Shown: in pieces, positions 1 through 12,100 of the stretch
Layout of the letters: each line of letters starts with the position of its first letter
Position numbering within the stretch: the stretch's first letter is position 1
Origin: Mytilus edulis
Taxonomy: Eukaryota
Direction: 5' to 3'
DNA: 64,000 nt
NCBI RefSeq assembly: GCF_963676685.1
Contig: NC_092353.1
Location: forward strand, 23,870,001-23,934,000
The notes under the pieces: model-generated
The model's input: only the letters and a program-made list of their open reading frames with translations
Told to the model about the DNA's origin: nothing
Databases searched by the model: none
Translations under genes and position numbers: made by a program

Positions 1-776
1 TTTTGTTGTTTTCACATTACTTGGTCTATATTTATGGTATGTGATTGTTAGGTAAGAAAATCTAGGTAATAAATAAAGGACCGCTTTTTGAAATTAATGA
101 AAATCGAAATCGAGGAATTTGGTCAATTAAAGAAACAGTAAGTTCAATTGACGTCATTTCCGTTTTGGCGTTCCAGAGTAATGAATTTTAAGAATTTTTC
201 TTGTGAATGCCAAATGATAAATAAAAAGAACCACTTTTTAAAATTGAATAATATTTAATGTAATGTTTAGGATCGCCAAAGACGTTTTATGGGAAATATA
301 AGCTACCCGAGAAAACTTCATAACTTTATGATTGTCCGTTTCTGCATGTGGGGTATTTGTGGTGACGTATTATATTTCTAAAAGAAGTATGCGAACAACA
401 TTTTGAACAGATTTCTTTCAAATTAAAATCTGTTTATGAATTAAAATATTATGAGTGAAGAATCGATGTTCAAATTTATGATTGTCTTGCATAAACATTT
501 GGTTTACGGTATCTTAGACAACATATGACGTGGTAAAATTGTATAATGTGATGCAATTGTTTAATTCTAGAATTAAAAGTTTGGCAGAACATACAAACAT
601 TGCATATAATTTTCTTTCTGGCTTTCTGTCATGTTTTTTCTAATGGATTGTAAATCATATTCCTTGGTTCTTTCGCCCTTTTTAGCAATGATAAGAGTTT
701 GAAAACATCGGTAACTGCTACGATGAACAAAATTATTGAATCACCTACTAACACAAAAAGTTTTTATTTTACTCAC

Positions 777-3104
777 CTTCGCAAGCCTGAGATGTAAGTC
801 GTTGCTTGATATCATTTATCAAGGAAAAACTCAAAACTATATATCGATGGTTAGCACTTGTTGCAATCTTGTCCAAGTTATCAGTGTTTACATTGGAGCC
901 GACGCCAATAGCGTAGACGGCTACATCCATGTCACGTAACAATTGTCCAGGCTCATCCGTAGTAATAGCATTACCATCTGTTATGAATATTAATATTTTC
1001 TTTGTATAACCACGTGCACCACTCTGTGGCACAAACATATGTTTCCTAGCAAAAGTCAATGGTATATCGAAGCTAGTACCACCACTTGTGTACACAATAC
1101 TTCGGATGGCAGTTGCGATTTCTTGCTCGGTAGAGTAACTGTTAAACTGAAAACCGCCTTGTTTACTGATAGTTTCATTAAATGAAAAAGCGCTAACTTT
1201 GACCGCCTGGTTTGCAATGTCAAATTGTTTAATGAAATTTATGAGGAAAGTCTTTGCTTTATTAAATGCACCACTACTAACACTCCCTGAAGCATCCACT
1301 AGAAATCCAATGTCAGCTGGATCTTGACAACCTTAGAAGAGTGAATATCATTTATTTAATGTTAGATTATTGATAAAAAAAAAGGTAGAAGGATATTATC
1401 CTAGTACTCTCTTAGGAACACAATCAAACGACAAAAAAATAATCTTCCCACAATATCAATTTAAATGGGTTTTTTTTCTAGCTAATTTTTCTTGTAATTA
1501 CTTAAATTTACTATTCTAAATCTAGTCTTTCAAAACACAGATACTATGGCCAATTTGCACTTCAGTCCCTTTCGTGAAGCATGGCAACATAATATGTATT
1601 CAGTCAGATTATGAAGTAAGCGTTATTTAAACTTTCGAGTTTGAAACGAAGAATAAACATGTAGAGAAACCCCGCAAAATGTTCACGCGTGTATCACGTG
1701 GCAATAAGGCGTGGCATGGTCTTCGTTTGTTTTTGACGTATATGTCATAGTCTTTAATTGGTGCCGCTAAAAGATTTTTTAAAGTAATAGTCACTGTTGA
1801 ATATATTCACAACTATTTTAAACTCGAAGGAATAGTTGAGATATATAAAACCAAACTAGACCATATTTTGGGTTGCTGCAGCTATCCTAAACCAGGAACC
1901 GCATCAGAGGGACCTTACTCCCACTTTTTTAGTAAAAAAAACTATATATATGAAATGCCAAAAAATTTGGATTTTTTTTTATTATGATCGAAAATACTGA
2001 ATATTCAGTCATCCAAATCATTTGATTTTCCAAGGTAAAATCTTCAAGTGATCAATCCAATAAACCGTTTATATAGTAAAACCTAGAAATGTTCCAATGT
2101 ATAGTAATATAATAAACTCAGCATCGATCCAAACGAATCAAATGTCATAATTGGTGTTGTCTGATTTCAAGTCTACACAATCTCTCATTATTCATTTATA
2201 AATAAAGGAAACAGTAGTACACCGCTGTTCAAAACTCATAAATCCATGGACAAAAAAAAACAAAATCGGGATAACAAACTAAAACCGAGGGAAACGCATT
2301 AAATGTAATAGGAAAACAACGACATAACACTAAAATGTAACACACACAGAAACGGACCGAGCATCAGACAAAATCCCACGATTTTAAAAATATTATTACG
2401 AAAATCAAACTGCCACATAAAGTGTTGACCTTTCAGCATTTTTATGTTAAATTACTTAGGGGTTGTTTACCTCTGGTTAAAACCATTGCATATGACTGTA
2501 CACTTAATTTCTACAAGTAACTACTTTTGTTCAACTTCCGTGTAACTTTCAATACAAATAAAGAAGTGTTTATTAAAGGTACACAAATATACATTTAACA
2601 ACCATTATCTTAACTTCCGGGTAACAAAATATTACTTGTATAGTATCACTGAACATAAAACTTTCTGGTGTTGTATTTTTACTACATTCATTACCACTTC
2701 TGTGTAAAAAAGTACTTCTGAGCATCATCGATAATAAACAGTGAACAAGAAAAAAAATCATAACAAAAAATAAAAACGAATATGAATATATGATTAATAC
2801 TTCTGTTTAAATTGAATTTTGAAATAGAACCATCTTAATCAGAATATATGTATGTTGTTGAACATTGTAGTGTTTTAGACTACCTGGTTCTATGATTTCT
2901 CCTTTATTTAATAACTATGTTATTTATTTAGTAACTCTAAACTAAAAAACCTCAAGAAACATAAAAATGGTTAAGTCATGTACATAAACGTGTATGATGT
3001 TATAAGTCTGGTCTTTACTTACTGTCTAAACCGTAAACTGCGATGATTAAAACCCCAACTCCTAAAACAACAACTGGAATAAAAGTTTGGAGAAGCATTT
3101 TCAT
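777..3104 (-). CDS. VWA gene B (5' part; continues off the left edge): secreted von Willebrand factor A domain protein, paralog of VWA gene A
   Basis: Exon 1 3104-3023 (82 nt, MKMLLQTFIPVVVLGVGVLIIAVYGLD, GTAAGT donor, phase 1). Exon 2 1331-777 (555 nt, SCQDPADIGFLVDASGSV...GGTSF...ILIFITDG...ACE, AG acceptor, GTGAG donor). MIDAS DxSxS...T...D is intact. Exon 1 size and phase match gene A. Confidence 0.88.
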
Positions 3105-3300
3105 TCTTCCTTAAATTATAAAATCATAACCCGGTAGTTAACAATATACCAATGATTTACTATGCATAAGTCAATTAATGGGAAATTCCGAGACCAATGC
3201 AAGGATATTTAAATACTTCTATAAATATATGATTTACAAGTTACAAGTATAGGCTTTCAAAAAAGCATTCCCTATCCAAATAATTACTTTTCCATATATA

Positions 3301-4571
3301 CACATGGAAAAAAGTATTGCAACACCAAATTGAAATTGAAATTAAAAAAACACTTTTTATTTTTTTGTGATATAATTTGGTAAAATAGAACTACTTAAAC
3401 ATTATTTAAGTATCACTTGAGTTTAATCAATAAATATAGACTCGGTAAGTTTTTATCTGCACATGCAGCTACTGTACCCGTAAACAGCAAAACAGATGTT
3501 TCCATCCTCATTGTTTTCAGCACTTTAAATAACTAAGTTTTTAAAGTTATGTGATTGACACCTTGTAATGGGTCCTCGGCAACTCTAAACTGCAGCATTA
3601 TAACAGATTATCAGCTTGAGAGAAGCAGGGATGTCGCTGTAACAACTGCACGTATTGTTGGTCATCGCCATTCCACTCTAAGTTGTTATGAGAATAAAAA
3701 TGGCACCAAACGAAAGGACCTTCCGAGATGAAGAAGACCCCCCATTATCATTTGCTAGGGAAAATCAGGCATAATAAAGGTTGGTCAGAAGGAAACCCAT
3801 TGCCTACAATACAATCCCAAAAAGAGAGTGGTGGGCATACAGGAGCCTTTTAACAAGAACTGTTCGAGATCAACTCATTTATACTGGTTATCGTGCGATA
3901 AGACCATTTCGGAGACCTTTGCTTACGAACAGACATACAGTTTTCCGCATCCAATGTACTGCAGAGCTCGCTAAAGCTGAAGGGAGATTCATTGTTCCAA
4001 TGGAATTCGGGTCATCTTCCTTGGACAGATCTTAGCCCATATTTGAACCAAATCGAGCATATATGGGACACTATCGGGCGGAAAGTGCGCGAAAGGACAC
4101 CCCAGTCCAAACACACAATGAAATAAACAATGCCCTTCATCAGAAATGGTTGCTGCTACCTTGGCAACAAATTAGTCGATTTTTGGCAGGAATCAGAAGA
4201 CGTTAAGATGCGGTTATCCGTTTGAATGGAGGCTGCGCACAAAGTACTAATTCTTTGGCGTATAACGACCAACCATAATGTGAACAGTCATCTGAGGAAT
4301 AATTTTGAAATGTCTGACATTGTAAAGTTCGACTACAGTCAAAGTTGTAAAATGCTTTTTTTTGTACAAAAAACACTTCATTTTGTTATTAAAATTGTGG
4401 TTATATAAATCATTTTTTTTTCAAACATTTTTTGTTCGTTTCAATGGCAATGTTATCATAAACTATGTTTCAATAATATTATACACATATTTTATTATAT
4501 ATCATCCAAAAAAAGAGGCTGATTTTTCAAGTTTTGAAAAATCAAGGTGTTGCAATATTTTTTTCCATGTG
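3301..4571 (+). mobile_element. Internally deleted, decayed Tc1/mariner DNA transposon
   Basis: 26-bp TIR CACATGGAAAAAA(G/A)TATTGCAACACC at 3301-3326 and 4546-4571, flanked by TA on both sides. Transposase remnants TVRDQLIYTGYRAIRPFRRPLLTNRH and SPYLNQIEHIWDTIGRKVRER (cf. Tc1 SPDLNPIEHxW). Frameshifts are present and most of the DDE core is missing. Confidence 0.9.
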
Positions 4572-4589
4572 TATATAATTATTTTGATA

Positions 4590-4950
4590 AGTGTCTTATG
4601 TAACACATTCTGACATCGGGTAGGATTGGCGCCTTCAAATGAGTCTCCACCACATTCTGTATGTACCTGTCACATGCCTGGAACCTGTAGTGCTGAATTT
4701 AGTGGTGTTTTTTTTTCGTCGATGTGTACCATATTTGTTTTTCGTTCATTATTTTATTCATAAATTAGGCTGTAAGATTTCTCATTTTAATTGTTTTACA
4801 TTTGTCATTTCGGAGCATTTTATACGTGACTATGTGGTATGAGATTTACTCATTGTTAAAGGCCGTACGGTGATCTATAGCTATATCATTTTCTGTATAA
4901 TTTGGTCTCTTGAGAGTTGTCTCATTGGAAATCATATCACATGATTATTC
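4590..4950 (+). repeat. Interspersed repeat family with core GGCCGTACGGTGACCTATAG...GAGAGTTGTCTCATTGGCAATCATACCACATC
   Basis: The same core recurs at ~7560-7695 and ~28520-28668, and in reverse at ~23965-24016, ~57380-57670 and ~63855-63930. Confidence 0.7.
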
Positions 4951-6659
4951 TTACTTTTATTGTTATACTGAAGGTGGATTACCTAGACCACTTGATCATG
5001 CACCGATATCTAAAAGACTATGTTGAAGTTCTATGGTTCACCTCTTGTCATTTTGGTTATGCAGGAATCATTGCGCCATCTACCACTCTTTTATAACATA
5101 CCTAGTGAAGGATAATCACAAAGAAATATGTTTTATAAGCATTCATTTCCCCTATCTATCACATTACATACATTTTAAAGATAAAGATATTAACAGTTGA
5201 TTAAAAATATCAACAGACATAGTAATACAAGAAATTTGGAAAATAAATAGTCTGATAAACGCTTATTATAGCTATACTAATGATAGCAATTTTGATGAAA
5301 GCATAGCAATTCACAATTTGACAAGTTATGAACAACATTAACACGTACGACAGACATTAAGAGTATGTCCTTGGGAAATGTGGCATCAAATCACAGTAAG
5401 AATTCATTTTGATATATACAAAAAAAGCAATATTCAATTCTATTCAGTGAGTCCTCGTTAGGAGAGAAAGCGATCAAAAGAACCGTCAATAAATAACATA
5501 ATATATATATACACTAAGCTTAAATAGATGAAAAACATTTAATTTCAAACGTATTTTACATTGTTAAATAGGAAAGATAAAAATGTTTAGCAAAAAGGTA
5601 GACGTAGGTGACTCATATTTTTTTTCTGTTCATAGTTTCTGTTTCATACATAGAAATAACCAGCAGAATGCCGGATAAGCAGTTTCATTGCATGCCAACA
5701 CAGACCGGTCAAAAGTTTATCACATTTATCACATAAACTTATGTCGTATTGTTTACTAAAAACATAGTATGTCTGTTTCTCTTTATATGGAAAATGCAGT
5801 CCATGTAGGACGAGACTAAGATTTTTTTTAACTTAATATTATCAAAAATAACGAGCTCCGAGGAAACGTCAAATCACTTAGCAATGGCCAAATTAAAGCA
5901 CAAACGCATCAAACGAATGATTAACAACTGTCATATTCATGACTTGGTAGAGTTTTTTTATGATGTAAAAAATAGTGGATTAAACTTGATTTGAAAGTAA
6001 GCTTAAGGTAGCACAATACAAAGATTTTATAACTCCAACTCCCAAGTTTTAAAATGCTGTAACTTTCTTAATAATGATTGTAAATTTATATAAGTGTTTG
6101 TTTTGGATAGCTAACAGATTACTCTTTCAAATTAATGCAATGTTAGTATTATGCAACAATTATGTAACCAATTATAATGTTAAATGTGTCTAAAATATTT
6201 TTCACCAAATTTCCACTTTCAAATGAAATTAGCTTCTGCATAGGTATCCCTAGAGGGTTGATTTTATTATATGTTGTTCCTATGGCCATTATCTACAAAA
6301 GAGTGTTTCAGATTTCAGATAGAATGTATAGAACAAAGTTGACATCTAATTAAACATTATCTTCTTTTATGTGGTTAGGATGTTTACACTAATTAGAGAT
6401 TTATGAGAGAATGGAACACCATAGAGACAATCTGAGACACCCTTTTTGAAGCCCATGATGTGTTGATTAAGATTTACAAATTTTTTGTATAGTTAAAGAG
6501 ATGATAGAGCTAAATTCATTCGCGTGAACTTACCCAGATTTTGACGCTAATTACATAATAATTGATTACATAATGATTGCATAATAAACATTTTGCATTC
6601 ATTTAAAAGACTAATCTTTTATCTATCTATATATCTCATTTGGATGACAGTCATTTACA

Positions 6660-7277
6660 CCCTAGTGTGTAAAGTTTTAAGCAATAATCATAAATTATTT
6701 TTGAGATACGGCACGACATGTACAAAAAACCTCCCCTGTTTAACAAAATACTCAATAACTCAAAAATAAAATTTTGAATCATCACCAAAAAGTATACATA
6801 TCTTTAGATCATTATAACAAAGAAGTGTGTAAAGTTTTAAGCACTAATCATAAATTGTTATAGAGATACGGCACAACATGTAAAAAAAAACTCTCCCTTT
6901 TTTACAAAATACTCAATCACATTAAAAAATGAAATTTTGAAGCATTATCTAAAAGTATACAGATCTTAAGATTAATATAACAAAGACATGTGTAAAGTTT
7001 GTAGCAATAATCATAAATCGATTTTGAGATATGGCTCGACATTATCAAGAATCGTTTTTGAGATACAGTGCGACATGTGAAAAAAACACACCCCTGTTTT
7101 AGTTACAAAGTGCCGTAGATCAAAAAGTTTAAATCTAATTTTCACCAAAAAGTATACAGATCATTTGACCATCATAAGAAACAACTATATTAAGTTTCAT
7201 GAAATTTGGATAGGTCGTTCTCAAGTTACGGTCGGCATGTTTCCGCCGGACAGACAGACAGACGGACAGACAGACAG

Positions 7278-7335
<58 letters not shown>

Positions 7336-7398
7336 GGACAGACAGACGGACGGACGGACACCAGACATGTGTATACCATATTTGACGGGCATATAAAA
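6660..7398 (+). mobile_element. Pearl/MgE-like (Helentron-associated) non-autonomous element: ~160-bp internal tandem units, (GACA/GACG)n microsatellite and terminal motif
   Basis: Unit GTGTGTAAAGTTTTAAGCAATAATCATAAAT...GAGATACGGCACGACATG recurs at ~6666, ~6824 and ~6988. A microsatellite follows at 7249-7360, then GACGGGCATATAAAAA. The layout matches bivalve pearl-type elements; the family name is inferred. Confidence 0.65.
7249..7360 (+). repeat. (GACA)n/(GACG)n tetranucleotide microsatellite
   Basis: Directly visible. It explains the spurious ORFs 7135-7422 and 7165-7431. Confidence 0.97.
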
Positions 7399-9155
7399 AG
7401 TGCTGTAATCTATTTGCTTCATTTACACTGAGACTGAAAAGTTCCGCTAAACATAAATTGTATTAAATAATATTATTAATCCAAATATGAAAATGTTAAC
7501 AAATGAGTGCATCTATGCTGATGGACAAAGGCGAATCAATGTAGGAACATCGTGGCCATTTTGCTTTTGCGGTATGGGCTTTGCTAATTTTTGAAGGCCG
7601 TACGGTAACCTATAGTTGTTAATGTCTGTGTCATTTTGGTCTTTTGTGAATAGTTGTCTCATTGGCAATCATACCACATCTTCTTTTTTTATATTAACCT
7701 ATTTCATTTGAACTATGACAATGCCATCTGAAATATGTCTAGTTCATATAAAAATGACTATGCCATGAGCACTATCTTTCGATGAAGTAATGTGTAAAGA
7801 CTAACAGAGCTAATCACATTTTTTATCCATCAGTTCAAGATTGGCGAGTCATAAAAACAAACCATGACATTTCTATTATTCTGAACTTTTTATTAGAAAG
7901 TATGAGTTGTTCCTTGTATAAGATCAAGATAAACAAACGTATTAACATTGTCAAAAACAAAACATAAAATGACAAACGTTATAAAGGAATATAAAACGAA
8001 AACTTGTATCGCAAAAACAAATACATTGGTGTTTCATTGTTGGCTACATAGTTCCAAAATTTGTTTAACAAATGATTGATAAGGACTCAAATCGTAGGAA
8101 CACAACCACACATTCGTCGAAGAACCATGAAGAACTGTGTGCTCAAATAGCGTGATATGTCTTTTTGTGGGAAAATTACCGTGTTAACAAGCACGTTAAA
8201 AAATCGACTACGTATTTCCATCTGTTTCAAAAAAGCAATTGTTAATATTTATAGTTCAGGACTGGTGGCATGATTTCCCTTAAATACACATGTACATATG
8301 CACATAATACCAAAGACGTAAAAAAGCCCAAGATAAATTGTAGGCCGTTGTACGGCCTTTCACAATGAACATGATGAACAACACTCACACCATTTTAATA
8401 AATTAAATAAAAATGTTCCCTATATAACAAAACAATGACTTAGTGCAAAAGAGAAATCCATCTGTCTAAGTAATGCTGAAAGAAACAAGACGATAGCAAC
8501 CAATGCCAACCCTTATATTATAGGCTCATGACTAGGTTAGACAAAAAATGATTTGACAATGTTTACAATGTGAGACAATAGGCGGAACATTGGATAAAAG
8601 ATCATGTTGACTCAATGTCGACCAGTCGTCGTTTTTACTTCGAAATGCAGCAAAGAAGAAGGAAAAAAATATTTTTTTATACCCGACCTGGTATCCAAAA
8701 TCACCAGTAAACTAACAAGACGTTAAATAAAGTGTAAATAAACTTTCCATCTCAATTTTATCATTTGATTGGATCTCCATCAGTCAAAGCTTCTTATCGA
8801 AATTTTTTGCTGTTCTGTTTGATGTATGTTTACATCGCATTTCATCTAGCGCGGCAAACTGATAGTCATGTTAAATTATATCCATTATTCTCTATACATT
8901 GTACCGACAATCAACATGTCACAATACTAAGTAAAAACGTGGGAACATAGAATGTAGAGTGTTGTCGTCCCACGATCTACAGTAAAAACGCAAATGACAT
9001 TGGAAGATAACTTGGTAAACACAAAAACTTATATTATATTTTTTTACAAACGACGTTTTACATTTGACTTTGTAACAACGGATACGGACACATACAAAGT
9101 AAAAATAGTTTTACACGGAGAAAGTAAAAGCAGTCAAAAACTTAGAAAGGTTAAA

Positions 9156-12100
9156 CTAAATGACTAAAGTACAGTGCAATGATTTAAGTTCTTGAATAAA
9201 TGAATCAATAAATGTATCAATTTGGTCAACATAAATATTGCCATTAGTACCGATATGGTATGATGTTGACGCAAGTCCTGTCATGGTGTCAAACGCATTA
9301 CCATCAGTAAAAATGCCAATCGTGTGTATGTTTGTTCCACTATTCCTCAATACTTCTGCATATGTAAGTTCTTGGTCATTCAATGATGTTTTGAATTCTG
9401 AGATCACAAGGATCACTTTCTTTGCCGATGATCTAGCTCCTTCGGCTGGATCACTTAGAAGTGCTTGAGACAGTTTTATTGCTTTTGAAATGTTTGATGA
9501 TTTATTGGTTTTGGCCTCATACGATGACAATGACCTTTGCAGGTCAACTCGATTATACTCTGAATATGCATCAAAATTAAAGCGTGTACTTGCTTGATCA
9601 CTGTTTGTTACTAACGCCAATTTAACAGCATTAGTACCAAGACGTATTTTCGATAGTATTTTTACTAGTGATGTCGGAACAATAGAATTAAGATGAATTT
9701 GCTGTATTCCTGATAGATCAACCATTATAATTACATCAGCTTGTTCAGACTCGGTGCAAACTACAAAAAATAGTAATATTACTAATTTTCTTTGAAATAA
9801 TGTTTTCTGGTCGGTATTATATGTTAAGAAAGCTAAATTTAGAATATTGACAACGATTTTGCTGATAAACAATTGGTCAATAATTTTCAATTGAAACATT
9901 TGACCGCAAGCGTCATTATATTTAGCGGAATTTCAAAAGCAGCTCGGGATTGGCTAACCGGTTTCGGGACCATCGAAATTCTTTTTAATTATTAACGTCG
10001 ATTCCCGTGTCGTTTGATCACATACCAATTCGCATCATACGATAAAAGAATGGCTCAGTCGGGGTGATGTGTTTCTTTCTCCGATGTGAATTAAGAAGTT
10101 TGGATTGTGGACAAGGATGTCAAAAACACCTCATGTCACTTGCATGCCCCCTATTCTAATCTACAAACATGATATGAATTATAAACAACAAATGGAAGTT
10201 TTTAACGACCTTGACTGGTTATACAGCCCTTGCACGGTCGGGGAATTATAAAAGGTAAACTACTCGACTAATAACAGAGGATGTAATTTATACCAGCAAA
10301 GTTAAATAAATTTATTTGAATAGCAAATTCATATATTTTGAAAATGATGCTACATGTAGAAACATAATATTAGGAGAGAATATTTTTCTCAAGGGATACT
10401 AAATGGAGATTATTTTACATGTTCCAATATTACTGTTAGAATCAAACAAATTTTAATCTAATATATAAATAGATGATACTGAAAATGTGTTGTTACCAAT
10501 CATCAAGACCATTAAATACCATATACTTCAGATTTCTTTAATTGACTGTCTACTAGTATCAACGTAATATATTGTGTTTTACTTTTTCGGATTGTACTAA
10601 AAGGCAATACTATAACACATATTCTAAGAAGTATGGCTCATATCTTGTAGTATTGAATACTGTTAAATTATATTAACTTATTACCATTGCATTCTGGTTT
10701 AATCAAGTCCTGCATAATGTGATTCCACAAAGCGTCTGTATTGTATGGAAATACGTTGGAAACATCTCTTGATATTCTTGACAGAAAGTAATGGGAAACG
10801 TCTATTCCTATTGCTACCGTATAAATATCGATGTTGGAATAGTACTGTGAGTACGTTAGTGTTTGTTCAAGTGCAGAAGGGTTTGACGGTAGCCCATCGG
10901 AATATAAAATTATCTTCTTCTTAACATTCGATCGGCCTTTGGTAGTTAGCAGTTCAACAGCTTTAGAAAGACCAAGATGTATATTCGAAGGTTCGTTTTT
11001 AAGATTTAAATTGGTAATGCCATTCATAAGGTCGTCTTTACTTGCAATATTTGAGAACCCAAGACTCGTTATTGCAGATTCTGCAACAGTTACTAATGCA
11101 ATATGAAAATGATCATCGTCAATTTGCCATTCCTTAGTTGTAAGATCTGCTTGATCTTTTGCATGGTTTAGTAACTTGGAACTCATCGATGCTGATACAT
11201 CGATAACAAAAACAATGTCGGCTGCTCTCGGTTCACATATATCTACAATTTATAAAATAAAAAAAAACCCGGTATAACAAATGGATTATCCTGATTATAC
11301 AATATTGCCTTTGCATGAGGTCGATTTTAGGATGTAATGATCCGAAAGATGCATTTCGACTGAAGATGAAACCTATGGCCGATTTTTTTTCTTTGGGGGA
11401 TAAATACTTTAAATATACAAAGGCTATAACCATTACATTATTAATGTCAGTACGCCTATAAAGAAGAAATGCATTTATTGGTTTTAATGATTATGATCTG
11501 CTTACCCTTCAAGAGTACCCGAGATCAACATCAGATGTTTGGTAGGGTTCGTGAGGCTCAATATTTTCATTATATGTTTTTTTTTTTTTTTTTTTTATCT
11601 TTTTGTCTTTTATTTGTTTTGGCCATGTTGTTGTCAGTTTATTTTCGACTTATGAGTATGAATATCGCTTTGGTATATATCTTCACTATAAATGTAGAAC
11701 AAGAAGTCGTCCATTGAATAACAAAATGGTCTCAGTTAACTTTATAAATATTTTGATATGAGTGTCACTGATGAGTCTTATGTAGACGAAACGCGCGTCT
11801 GGCGTACTAAATTGTAATCCTGGTACCTTTGAAAAATATTAATATAGTCTATGAAACATATCTCTTTGACAGCGATTTTGTCCGGAGAACATACCTTAGG
11901 TTGGGTTTTATAGGACGTTGTAAGAGTATGAAATAGGTGATCTAAGACATCATGTATGAAGGTATTTCCGACCAACCAAGCACCTTTAAAAGTAACAACC
12001 CCCTTGTAATAGTATTATCATTTTCCTTATGAAAAACATTGAACAAGTTATAAATATAGATTCTACCACTGCGTCGAGTTTGATACAATATTTATCCACT

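Noticed and set aside
6003-6600. TTAA-GGTAGCAC start of a possible Kolobok-like element
   Set aside because: No matching right end nearby (a similar reverse end occurs only at ~58560-58573), so boundaries cannot be supported.
7135-7431. ORFs with SVCL / TDRQ repeats
   Set aside because: They are translations of the (GACA)n microsatellite in a pearl-like element.
1331-9172. One long VWA gene spliced from a GT near 9172 to the exon at 1331
   Set aside because: The phase would fit, but the exon reaches a stop within a few codons, and a separate signal-peptide exon with its own conserved upstream region lies at 3104-3023.
9761-9899. N-terminal extensions of track ORFs 9156-9899, 13587-14261, 32074-32478, 53691-54164 and 62076-62294
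   Set aside because: These are intronic read-through upstream of AG acceptors. Paralog exon sizes and domain boundaries define the true exon starts.
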